DNA of 32,000 bases. Origin: an uncultured Collinsella sp. Lineage in GTDB: Bacteria > Actinomycetota > Coriobacteriia > Coriobacteriales > Coriobacteriaceae. A program made the position numbers and the translations under genes. Positions 24,288 to 32,000 of this stretch are shown in pieces; position 1 is the first letter of the stretch; the number at the start of each line of letters is the position of its first letter. The DNA lies in NCBI GenBank assembly GCA_958369225.1, contig CATXID010000001.1:597295-629294 (forward strand), given 5' to 3'. The notes beneath the pieces were generated by a model. It searched no databases. It had not been told where the DNA came from and saw nothing but the letters and a program-made list of their open reading frames with translations.

Positions 24288-25337
24288 TTAGTACACCATG
24301 CCCATGGCGTCCTGAACCTCGGCCAGGGTCTGCTCGGCGATCTCGTTGGCGCGGCGATTGCCCTCATGCAGCACGTCCTTCACGTAATCCAGGTCGTTCT
24401 CGTAGCGCTGGCGACGCTCGCGGATCGGGGCGAAGTACTCGTTGACGGCCTCGGTCACGTACTTCTTGAGCTGGCCGGAGCCGCCCATGCCGATCTCCTC
24501 GGCAATCTCGACCTCGGAACGACCGGTGCAGATGGCGGCCGTCGAAAGCAGGCCGGACACGCCGGGGCGGTTCTCGGGATCAAACGTGATCATGCGCTCG
24601 GAGTCGGTCTGGCTCTTCTTGATGCGCTTGGCCGTCTCCTCGGCGGTCATCGAGATGTTGATGGCGTTGCCGTAGCTCTTGCTCATCTTGCGACCGTCAA
24701 GGCCGGGCAGCAGCGGGGTCTCGGACAGCAGCGCTTCGACCTCGGGAAATACCTTGCCGTAGCGGTTGTTAAAGCGGCGTGCGATGGTACGGGTGAGCTC
24801 GATGTGCGGCAGCTGGTCGCGGCCGACGGGAACCACGTTGCCCTTGCAGAACAGGATGTCGCAGGCCTGGTGCACCGGATAGGTGAGCAGAAGGCCGGTG
24901 AGCTCGTGGCCCGAGGCCTCCATCTCGGCCTTAACCGTGGGATTGCGCGCCAGCTCGGCCTCGGAGACCAGCGACAGGAACGGCAGCATGAGCTGGTTGG
25001 CGGCGGGTACGGCGGAGTGCGCGTAGATCATGGTCTTGTCGGGGTCGATACCGCAGGCAAGGTAGTCCATGACCATGTTGTACACGTTGTCCTGGATATG
25101 CTCGGTGGTGTCGCGGTCGGTGATGACCTGGTAGTCGGCGATGAGCACGTTGGTCTTGGCGCCCATGTTCTGCAATTCAACACGTCCCTTGAGGGTGCCG
25201 AAGTAGTGACCCAGGTGCAAGCGTCCGGTCGGGCGGTCGCCGGTGAGCATGGTGAACTTCTCGGGCGTCTTTGCCAGGCCCTCGCGAATGGCGTTGCTCT
25301 TTTGCAGCGCGACTTCGTAGCTGTTCTCGTTTGGCAT
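24288..25337 (-). CDS. trpS: Tryptophan--tRNA ligase
   Basis: It has the class I HIGH-type motif TGRLHLGHYFG, KMSKS (KMSKSYGN), and TrpRS-like length and sequence. SD AAGGAG precedes the ATG. Confidence 0.93.
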   Translation of the reverse strand: MPNENSYEVALQKSNAIREGLAKTPEKFTMLTGDRPTGRLHLGHYFGTLKGRVELQNMGAKTNVLIADYQVITDRDTTEHIQDNVYNMVMDYLACGIDPDKTMIYAHSAVPAANQLMLPFLSLVSEAELARNPTVKAEMEASGHELTGLLLTYPVHQACDILFCKGNVVPVGRDQLPHIELTRTIARRFNNRYGKVFPEVEALLSETPLLPGLDGRKMSKSYGNAINISMTAEETAKRIKKSQTDSERMITFDPENRPGVSGLLSTAAICTGRSEVEIAEEIGMGGSGQLKKYVTEAVNEYFAPIRERRQRYENDLDYVKDVLHEGNRRANEIAEQTLAEVQDAMGMVY

Positions 25338-25515
25338 GATTGCTCCTTACGTATGCGTATTGGTCAAGATGATAACGCGTTTATTGAAGGGGGTGAGGCG
25401 TAAGCAGGAGAGGGGCGAGAAAGGGCGGCTTGCGCGATGGGTACAGAGCTGTGCGACGGGTGCGGCGTGGCTGCGCTTGGCCAGCGGCACCTGAGTGCAT
25501 CCTCGGCAGCTTACC

Positions 25516-26715
25516 CTAGCGCCTGTGGTGGCGCTCTTCCCTACGTTCCTCGGCTGCCTGCTCCTCCTGCTTAAAGGCGGGGTCGTCGGGGGTTACCAGC
25601 TCGTCTTCGTGCGTCCGCTTGTTGTAATGGTGGCGCAGGACGGGCTCAAACAGGTGCAGATGCTTGGCGAAGGCAGCCGAGCCAATGGCGAGCACGACAA
25701 AGATGAGCACGCGCGTGGGCACCTCGACCTGATTGATCGCGGCGGCGCCGGCCGAAAGCATGATGCACCAGGCGTAGATGAGCAGCACGGCCTGCTTCTG
25801 GTTGTAACCCTCTTGGATCAGGCGGTGGTGGATGTGGCCCTTGTCGGCCTGTCCGATGCTAATGTGGGCGCGCTTGCGGCGCACGATGGCGCTGAACGTG
25901 TCGATGATGGGCACGCCGGCTACGATGAGCGGGATGATGAGTGAGGTGAGCGCGGCGGTGCGGCTCACGTTGAGCAGCGATATGGAGCCCAAAGCGAAAC
26001 CCAACAGCAGCGACCCCGAGTCGCCCAAGAAGATGCTCGCGGGGTTGAAGTTGTAATGCAGAAAAGCCACGCACGAGCCAAAGAGCGCGATGGAGAGCGC
26101 AGCGGCGTCGATGCGGCCCGAAAGCATGGCCATCGTGAACATGGTGAACGATGCGATGCCGCAGATGCCGGTGGCCAGGCCGTCGAGGCCGTCGATGAGG
26201 TTGATGATGTTGGTGAACGCCACCAGGTAGATTACGGTGATGGGGTAGGCGAGCCAGCCGAGCACGATCTCGCCAGGGGCAAACGGGTTGACGATGACGC
26301 CGATTTTAAGGCCGCCCACGCAGGCGATAAGCGCGGCGAGCACCTGGCCGGCCAGTTTTTGCTTGGGCTTGAGCTGGAAGACGTCGTCGATCGCGCCGGT
26401 CGCAAAGATCACAGTAAAGGAGAGTGCCAGCACGGGGTAGCTGATGTGCAGGCGCGGGTGCGGCACCAAAACGGGCGGCCAGCCCAGGTACCAGGTGCCC
26501 AGGATCTGCACGATGCAGGCGACGACGAGGCCCAAAAAGACCGCGGTGCCGCCCATGCGCGGGATGGGCTTAGTGTTGATACGGCGCTTGGAGGGATAGT
26601 CGACGGCGTCGAGCTTAATTGCCAGGCGCTTGACCAGGGGCACCGTGAGAAAGGTCGTGATAAAGGCAGCGGCCGCCACGCATAAGTACGGTATGAAGCT
26701 CGTGGATGAAGCCAT
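25516..26715 (-). CDS. MraY-family polyprenyl-phosphate GlcNAc-1-phosphate transferase (WecA/TagO type)
   Basis: It has about 11 TM segments. It carries NLIDGLDGLA, the HHRL block (GHIHHRLIQ) and FLGDSGS, characteristic of glycosyltransferase family 4. Confidence 0.88.
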   Translation of the reverse strand: MASSTSFIPYLCVAAAAFITTFLTVPLVKRLAIKLDAVDYPSKRRINTKPIPRMGGTAVFLGLVVACIVQILGTWYLGWPPVLVPHPRLHISYPVLALSFTVIFATGAIDDVFQLKPKQKLAGQVLAALIACVGGLKIGVIVNPFAPGEIVLGWLAYPITVIYLVAFTNIINLIDGLDGLATGICGIASFTMFTMAMLSGRIDAAALSIALFGSCVAFLHYNFNPASIFLGDSGSLLLGFALGSISLLNVSRTAALTSLIIPLIVAGVPIIDTFSAIVRRKRAHISIGQADKGHIHHRLIQEGYNQKQAVLLIYAWCIMLSAGAAAINQVEVPTRVLIFVVLAIGSAAFAKHLHLFEPVLRHHYNKRTHEDELVTPDDPAFKQEEQAAEERREERHHRR

Positions 26716-26954
26716 GAATCGAAAACCGCCAAGCGTCGAAGGAAAAGGTCAAAGGGCGCTACGCGCAAAAGGGCATAGCTGACCCATGATACTCGACCGA
26801 GGGGGCGCGGGGGTTTGCGCCGTGCGATTATCACGCGCTTACCAGATATTGGGATGTTGGCGGAGGTTCTGCCGAGTGCCGTTGTTGGGTGTCATACGGG
26901 ATCTGCGATGGCAATTCTTGGCAAAATCGGCAAAAGAAAACCACCCCCCACGTT

Positions 26955-26985
26955 ACGAAAATGAACCCACCTAAAACAGGTGGGT
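26955..26985 (-). terminator. Terminator-like hairpin on the minus strand, upstream of the transferase promoter region
   Basis: On the minus strand it reads ACCCACCT-gtttt-AGGTGGGT followed by TCATTTT. No ORF ends here, so it may terminate a small non-coding transcript. Confidence 0.45.
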
Positions 26986-27252
26986 GCCCTCATCGACCGT
27001 TCCAGCGTCCTTAACAACGAAGGATACCTGTACTAAGTACGACTGTGTGGGCTCCCTAAATAAACGCGACGGTTCACCCAGTTGCTCCGCGGGGGGCGGA
27101 ATACCTATATCATAAAGCGGCGCTTTGTTGATTCCAGTCTTGACATTACAAAATTCGTGTCGGACGATTACGGCGCCTTGGGCTTGGAGCCGTCTGTGCG
27201 GTCCGGGCCTTTGCGTTTGAGCTGCTGAATCGTTGTTTTGGAGCATGTTTTT

Positions 27253-28191
27253 ATGCCGACGTCGTTGACCGAACTTTTTTCGCCCGCCTGCCATTTGTGT
27301 CCACGCCGTTGCGGCGCGGCACGCGACGAGGGCGCGCGTGGCGTGTGCGGCGCAGACGACACGCTTAAGGTTGCCCGCGCGGCGCTCCATATGTGGGAGG
27401 AGCCGCCTATCTCGGGCGAGGCCGGCTCGGGCACGATTTTCTTTAGTGGCTGTTCGCTCAAATGCGTCTACTGCCAAAACCACGAGATCTCGACGGGCAA
27501 TTTTGGGCTTGAGATTTCGCCCGAGCGCCTGGTCGAGATTATGTTGGAGCTGCAGGACCAGGGCGCCAACAACATTAACCTGGTGACTGCGACGCATTAT
27601 GCTCACCTGCTGCCGGCCGCGATTGCCGCAGCGCGGGAGCGCGGGCTGGACATCCCGATCGTCTACAACACGAGCGGCTATGAGAGGGCGAGTGCCGTGG
27701 CTGCCCTGGGTGACCTGGTTGATGTGTGGCTCACCGACTTTAAATATGCCGATGCCGGGCTTGCGCAGTCGCTTTCTCATATTAAGGATTACCCGCGCGT
27801 GGCCGTGTCGGGCCTGGCACAGATGGCGCGCGAGATCGAGCGCCGCGGGGGAGAGCTGGTGGACGACGATGGGCTCATGAAGCGCGGTATGATCGTGCGT
27901 CACTTGGTGCTGCCGGGTCATGCTGACGATTCGTGCCGCGTGCTGGACCTGGTGTGGCAGACGGTGGGCGACGTGCCGATTTCGGTCATGAACCAGTACA
28001 CGCCCAATGCACTCATGCGCGAGCAAGGCGGCGAGTTGGCACGTGCCGTGACGCGCGAGGAGTACGAGCAGGTGCTCGACCATGCCGACGACCTGGGCTT
28101 TACGACGATGTTCTGGCAAGAGGGTGGAGCGGTAGACGAGAGCTTTACCCCGGCGTTCGACACCACCGGCGTCCTCACCAGTGCAAAGTAG
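27253..28191 (+). CDS. Radical SAM protein, PflX / pyruvate-formate-lyase-activase-like
   Basis: It has the radical SAM cluster motif GCSLKCVYCQN (CxxxCxxC) and an N-terminal extra Cys cluster CHLCPRRCG...GVCG. GGAGCA lies 9 nt before ATG 27253. Confidence 0.85.
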   Translation: MPTSLTELFSPACHLCPRRCGAARDEGARGVCGADDTLKVARAALHMWEEPPISGEAGSGTIFFSGCSLKCVYCQNHEISTGNFGLEISPERLVEIMLELQDQGANNINLVTATHYAHLLPAAIAAARERGLDIPIVYNTSGYERASAVAALGDLVDVWLTDFKYADAGLAQSLSHIKDYPRVAVSGLAQMAREIERRGGELVDDDGLMKRGMIVRHLVLPGHADDSCRVLDLVWQTVGDVPISVMNQYTPNALMREQGGELARAVTREEYEQVLDHADDLGFTTMFWQEGGAVDESFTPAFDTTGVLTSAK

Positions 28192-28300
28192 TCGTTTGCC
28201 GATGATATTTCTGGGGCGGGGATTAAAAAATCATCGGGAGGATCGCTTGCTCGAAAAGTAGTCAAAAAAGCCCCGTCCCAAAAAGACTGGGTATTGGGCG

Positions 28301-28328
28301 TTGACAGTTGGCGAGCCGTAGGTAAAAT
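28301..28328 (+). promoter_or_regulatory. Candidate tRNA-Ala promoter: TTGACA-16 nt-TAAAAT
   Basis: A consensus -35 lies at 28301-28306 and a near-consensus -10 at 28323-28328, 14 nt before the mature tRNA 5' end. Confidence 0.55.
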
Positions 28329-28341
28329 ATCAACTTGTCCT

Positions 28342-28414
28342 GGGGACGTAGCTCAGTTGGGAGAGCGCTGCCGTCGCATGGCAGAGGCCGAGGGTTCGAC
28401 TCCCTTCGTCTCCA
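28342..28414 (+). tRNA. tRNA-Ala (anticodon CGC)
   Basis: It folds as a 73-nt cloverleaf: acceptor GGGGACG/CGTCTCC with the G3:U70 alanine identity pair, D-arm GCTCAGTTGGGAGAGC, anticodon arm CTGCC-GTCGCAT-GGCAG, and T-arm GAGGGTTCGACTCCCTT. CCA is not encoded. Confidence 0.95.
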
Positions 28415-28430
28415 CCCTTGGATTTGATAA

Positions 28431-28460
28431 GCCGCTGACATTGTGTCGGCGGCTTTTTTT
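28431..28460 (+). terminator. tRNA-Ala rho-independent terminator
   Basis: GCCGCTGACA-ttg-TGTCGGCGGC is followed by TTTTTTT. Confidence 0.75.
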
Positions 28461-28479
28461 AAAAAGAAAGGGCTGTACC

Positions 28480-28956
28480 ATGGCCGAGCTTGAGTCCCAA
28501 CCACTGTCTGCCGAGGAGCGCGCCGAGTTGGAAGAGCTCCGCGCCGAGAAGGCTCGTCGCGAGGCCCAGGAAGAGGCGCGCCGCGAGCGTGAGGAGCTGG
28601 CCGCCTTGCGTGCCGAGCGCAAGAAGGCCGAGGAGGCCGCTGCGAAGGTCGCATCCGAGCCTGCACCCGCGCCCAAGCCCGCCGCCGCGAAGCCCGCGCC
28701 CAAGCCCGCGCCTGCGCCCAAGCCCGCCGCACCCAAACCTCAGCCCAAAAAAGCCGCTCGCCCCAAGCCCGTCGAGCCCAAACCGAGCCGCGACGAGATG
28801 ACCTTTGCCCAGCGCATGGTCACCTCCAAGGAGCCTACGGGCGAGAATGAGATTCCCGGCATGGCTCCGGCTCAAAAAATCATCATCGTGCTCGCCCTCA
28901 TCGCGTTTATCGTCTTTATGGCCTACACAATCACGGGCAGCATGGGCCTGCACTAA
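28480..28956 (+). CDS. 158-aa protein with a charged coiled-coil N-terminus, a Pro/Ala/Lys-rich repeat spacer and a single C-terminal TM anchor
   Basis: ATG 28480 is the first start downstream of the tRNA terminator; the ORF-track start at 28294 would overlap the tRNA. The sequence has AEERAELEELRAEKARREAQEEARREREEL, then (A/P)KPAP repeats, then IIIVLALIAFIVFMAYTI. Confidence 0.6.
   Translation: MAELESQPLSAEERAELEELRAEKARREAQEEARREREELAALRAERKKAEEAAAKVASEPAPAPKPAAAKPAPKPAPAPKPAAPKPQPKKAARPKPVEPKPSRDEMTFAQRMVTSKEPTGENEIPGMAPAQKIIIVLALIAFIVFMAYTITGSMGLH
28662..28785 (+). repeat. Low-complexity in-frame tandem repeats (GCGCCCAAGCCCGC-type, encoding PAPKPA units)
   Basis: GCGCCCAAGCCCGC recurs three times with close variants around it. 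Confidence 0.6.
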
Positions 28957-29038
28957 CCTGTTCGCGCCGGGCTCCATGCCCGCACGTCCGCCTCGCCCAA
29001 CCCTCAGCCTCTGCACAACACATCCGAAAGGTCGCCCC

Positions 29039-30544
29039 ATGGCTTTGACCGACATCTCGCATCCCACCGACATTGCAATGCTCACCGATCTGTACGAGCT
29101 CACTATGGCCCAGGGCCTGTGGGAGAGCGGCAAGGCTAATGAGCAGGGTTGTTTTACCGCGTTTTACCGCGACCATCCCTTCGGCAGCGCGTATGCCGTC
29201 ATGTGCGGCACCGCCGAGCTGCCCGAGCTGGTCGAGAACCTGCGCTTTACGCCCGAGGACATCGACTATCTAGCTTCGCTCCAGGCTCCGGCCGGCGGCG
29301 CGATGTTTAAGCCTGCATTCCTCGACTACCTGCGCAACTTCCGTGCGCACGTGAACATTGACGCCGTGCCCGAGGGCGAGCTCGTGTTTCCGCGCGAGCC
29401 CATGGTGCGCGTCACCGGCCCGTCGTTGGAGTGTCAGCTGCTCGAGACCGCGCTGCTCAACATCGTCGGCTTCCAGACGCTTGTTGCCACCAAGACGGCG
29501 CGCGTGGTACTGGCCGCCGATGGTCGCCCCGTTGCCGAGTTCGGCTTGCGTCGCGCCCAGGGTCCCGATGGCGGTCTGGCCGTCGCCCGCGCAAGCTATG
29601 TGGCCGGCTGCTCCTCTACGTCCAATGTGCTCGCCGGTCGCCGCTACGGTATTCCCGTCTTTGGCACGCATGCGCACAGCTGGGTCATGAGCTTCGATTC
29701 TGAGCTCGAGGCCTTCCGTGCCTTTGCCAAGTCGAGCCCTAAGAACTGCACGCTGCTCATCGACACCTACGATGTGCGTGAGGGCTGCGAGCATGCCATT
29801 ACGGTTGCCAAGGAGATGGAGGCGGTGGGCGAGCGTCTGTCGGCTATTCGCATTGACTCCGGCGACCTCGCCAAGCTCTCCAAGTATGTTCGCGGCCGTT
29901 TTGACGCCGAGGGCCTGCCCTATGTGGGGATTTCGGTCTCCAACGACCTTGACGAGTACACAATCCAGTCGCTGCTCGACCAGGGCGCGCCCATCGATAG
30001 CTTTGGCGTGGGCACCAAGCTCGCGACCTGCTACGATCAGCCTGCGCTGGGCGGCGTGTACAAGCTTTCGGCCCGTCGTGCGAGCGACGCGGAGTCGTGG
30101 ACGCCGGTGGTGAAGCTTTCCGAGCAGCCCTACAAGCGCACGATCCCCGGCGTGCAGCGCGTGCGCCGCTATTACGACGGCTTTGGCGGCCCGGTCTGCG
30201 ACATGATCTATGACGAGGACCATCTAGCAGGGGAGGGCGCCGCGCGCGGCAATACCCTCGTGGCCGTAAACGATGCGGCGCTGGTGACCGATGTGTCCGA
30301 GCTCGAGTATCGCGAGCTGCTGGTGCCGATCGTGCGCGATGGCAGTGCGGTGGCTCCGCGTGAGAGCATCGAGGACGCGCGCGAGCGCTGTGCTTGGGCG
30401 CTCGATCATCTGGACGCGGCTTTCAAGCGCTTCCTGTATCCGCAGACCTACGTGGTGGGTATGGAACAAGGACTGGCCCAGGTGCGCGACGAGCTCGTGC
30501 GCAAGAACATGGCCGCGGCTTCGGCCTTCCCCTGGGCAAAATGA
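29039..30544 (+). CDS. pncB: Nicotinate phosphoribosyltransferase
   Basis: It has TDLYELTMAQG, FGLRRAQGPDG, VFGTHAHSWVMSF and IRIDSGDL blocks typical of NAPRTase. ATG 29039 has GAAAGG upstream. The ORF-track start at 28805 overlaps the previous gene. Confidence 0.9.
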   Translation: MALTDISHPTDIAMLTDLYELTMAQGLWESGKANEQGCFTAFYRDHPFGSAYAVMCGTAELPELVENLRFTPEDIDYLASLQAPAGGAMFKPAFLDYLRNFRAHVNIDAVPEGELVFPREPMVRVTGPSLECQLLETALLNIVGFQTLVATKTARVVLAADGRPVAEFGLRRAQGPDGGLAVARASYVAGCSSTSNVLAGRRYGIPVFGTHAHSWVMSFDSELEAFRAFAKSSPKNCTLLIDTYDVREGCEHAITVAKEMEAVGERLSAIRIDSGDLAKLSKYVRGRFDAEGLPYVGISVSNDLDEYTIQSLLDQGAPIDSFGVGTKLATCYDQPALGGVYKLSARRASDAESWTPVVKLSEQPYKRTIPGVQRVRRYYDGFGGPVCDMIYDEDHLAGEGAARGNTLVAVNDAALVTDVSELEYRELLVPIVRDGSAVAPRESIEDARERCAWALDHLDAAFKRFLYPQTYVVGMEQGLAQVRDELVRKNMAAASAFPWAK

Positions 30545-30551
30545 TCCGAAG

Positions 30552-30586
30552 GGGACGGAGGAAAACGGATCATTTTCGTCCGTCCC
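30552..30586 (+). terminator. Hairpin downstream of pncB with no clear U-tract
   Basis: GGGACGGA (30552-30559) pairs with TCCGTCCC (30579-30586). There is additional inner GAAAA/TTTTC pairing. Confidence 0.35.
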
Positions 30587-30646
30587 GCACCAGGTACCCG
30601 GCTGCTCCAGCTCGCCCGAACGCTCGACATTCGATTGGTTTGACCT

Positions 30647-31774
30647 ATGACGACTTCTTATAAAACGATGGTGGTAAAGATCGGCTCGTCCACGGTGGTG
30701 GGTGCCGACGGTAAGGTCAACCGTGCGTTTATCGGTGGCCTGGCCGATCAGGCCGCGGCCTTGCGCAAGCTCGGCTGGCGCTTGGTCGTGGTGAGCTCCG
30801 GCGCCATTGCCTGTGGCTATCCCGTGCTGGGCTTCGACCGCAAACCGGTCGGCGATCTGCCGAGCCTGCAGGCATGCGCTTCTGCCGGTCAGTGCATCAT
30901 CTCGTCGGCCTACGACGAGGAGTTCCATGCGCGTGACCTACTCACCTCGCTCGTGCTGCTCACGCGCCACGACACGGCACGCCGTACGTCTTACCTGCAT
31001 GCGCGCGACGCTTTGCTGCGCCTGGTGGAGCTGGGCGTGGTGCCGGTCGTTAACGAGAACGACACCGTTACCGTCGACGAGATCAAGTTCGGCGACAACG
31101 ACACGCTGGCTGCGCTCGTGAGCTGCCTGGTTTCTGCCGACCTGTGCGTGACGCTTTCGGACATTGACGGCCTCTACACCGCCAATCCGCATGAGGATCC
31201 GACGGCCGAGTTTATCCCGGTCGTGCACAAAATCGATGCCAAGATCATTGCCTCGGCGGGCGATTCTTCGACGTCGGTGGGCACCGGCGGCATGATCACC
31301 AAGATCCGCGCGAGCCGCATTTTGATGACGGCTGGCATTCAGAGCGTGATTTGCTCGGGGGAGGAGCCCGATGCGCTCGTGCGTCTGGCCCGTGGCGAGA
31401 GCGTGGGCACCCTGTTCGATCCGCCAGCGGAGCGCCTGGACATTGCGCCGCGCAAGCTGTGGATTGCGCTGGGCGACAAGGCGCATGGCTCGGTAACGGT
31501 TGACGACGGTGCCGCGAAGGCTCTGGTCAGCCGTGGCTCGTCCCTGCTCGCGGTGGGTATTCGCGAGGTCGATGGCGAGTTTGCCGAGGGCGATGTGCTC
31601 GACGTGTGCGGCCCGAGCGGTATGGTCGTCGCCCGCGGTATCGCCGAGGCCGATTCGGACGTGTTGGAGCTTGCAGCCGGACGCCGTCAGGACCAGATTG
31701 CCAACAACCGCCTGCTGGCAGACCTGGCCGAGAAACCCGCGATCCACCGAGATAACTTAATCGTCTTCGCCTAA
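30647..31774 (+). CDS. proB: Glutamate 5-kinase with C-terminal PUA domain
   Basis: It has VVKIGSS, VSSGAI, NENDT and GTGGMxTK amino-acid-kinase motifs. The C-terminal PUA-like region reads GSVTVDDGA...GDVLDV. Confidence 0.93.
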   Translation: MTTSYKTMVVKIGSSTVVGADGKVNRAFIGGLADQAAALRKLGWRLVVVSSGAIACGYPVLGFDRKPVGDLPSLQACASAGQCIISSAYDEEFHARDLLTSLVLLTRHDTARRTSYLHARDALLRLVELGVVPVVNENDTVTVDEIKFGDNDTLAALVSCLVSADLCVTLSDIDGLYTANPHEDPTAEFIPVVHKIDAKIIASAGDSSTSVGTGGMITKIRASRILMTAGIQSVICSGEEPDALVRLARGESVGTLFDPPAERLDIAPRKLWIALGDKAHGSVTVDDGAAKALVSRGSSLLAVGIREVDGEFAEGDVLDVCGPSGMVVARGIAEADSDVLELAAGRRQDQIANNRLLADLAEKPAIHRDNLIVFA

Positions 31775-31932
31775 CCAATTGACGCTGCAAACGCCCCTAA
31801 GCGGCAATCTGACGTTCAATCGTCGGGCATGACCAAAAGGTCAATGCCCTCCTTTTTCACGTCACCTTGCTCGCTTAGGGACATTTTCGCTTTCCGTCCT
31901 CTACCTGCGATGTCCGTAACGTCGGCATATCG

Positions 31933-32000
31933 TAAGTTGCGGTGAAATAGGGATGGTTTGGCGGCTTTAAAGCCTTTAACAGCCCCTATTTCACCGCAAC
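31933..32000. repeat. Second copy of the AAGTTGCGGTGAAATAGGG palindromic element, truncated by the window edge
   Basis: Left arm TAAGTTGCGGTGAAATAGGG lies at 31933-31952 and right arm CCCCTATTTCACCGCAAC at 31983-32000. The centre differs from the copy at 14111-14205 and contains the GGCTTTAAAGCC palindrome. Confidence 0.75.

Noticed and set aside
25338-25515. T-box or other leader upstream of trpS.
   Set aside because: Only ~180 nt separate trpS from the upstream gene. I could find no T-box motif, specifier-loop or antiterminator architecture. trpS probably has a simple promoter or is co-transcribed.
28342-28414. tRNA-Ala as an integration site for a genomic island.
   Set aside because: There is no integrase, no direct repeat of the tRNA 3' end downstream, and the flanking genes (radical SAM, pncB, proB) are GC-rich core-type genes.
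28294-28479. The ORF-track start at 28294 for the Pro/Ala-rich protein, and likewise 28805 for pncB, 19180 for pckA and 22595 for degV.
   Set aside because: These upstream extensions overlap the tRNA gene and its terminator, or the preceding gene, or lack an SD. Internal ATGs with good SD sequences coincide with the start of the conserved protein sequence.

Overview
This looks like a high-GC Gram-positive chromosome; Actinomycetota or Coriobacteriia-like is a guess from composition and gene content only. Positions 1-14100 are the right-hand part of a BREX type-1-like phage-defence island containing the brxC C-terminus, pglX and pglZ. Its architecture is non-canonical in three ways. (i) pglX is split into an 849-aa N-terminal methyltransferase ORF and a 322-aa C-terminal ORF. 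The split is an AT-rich ~0.7 kb insert that encodes an Xis/MerR-like HTH protein, and all three pieces lie in one reading frame broken by only two stop codons. (ii) Three tightly packed extra genes sit between pglX and pglZ: a protein with two OmpR-type winged-helix domains plus a visible copy of the PglZ N-terminal domain, a ParB/Srx-fold protein, and an SNF2 helicase. (iii) No brxL follows pglZ, only a 73-aa very acidic ORF. The island ends at a ~95-bp palindromic element, and a relative of that element recurs at the window's right edge. The other ~18 kb is GC-richer housekeeping DNA: K+/H+ antiporter, metallophosphoesterase, flippase-like membrane protein, pckA, B3/4-domain protein, marR-degV, MGMT-like protein, trpS, WecA/TagO-type transferase, radical-SAM activase-like protein, tRNA-Ala(CGC), Pro/Ala-rich anchored protein, pncB and proB. 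This region carries a four-copy family of near-identical terminator hairpins and several other short dispersed or palindromic repeats. I saw no rRNA, CRISPR array, transposase or integrase. All calls come from reading the translated ORFs and the DNA by eye; no searches or computations were run.
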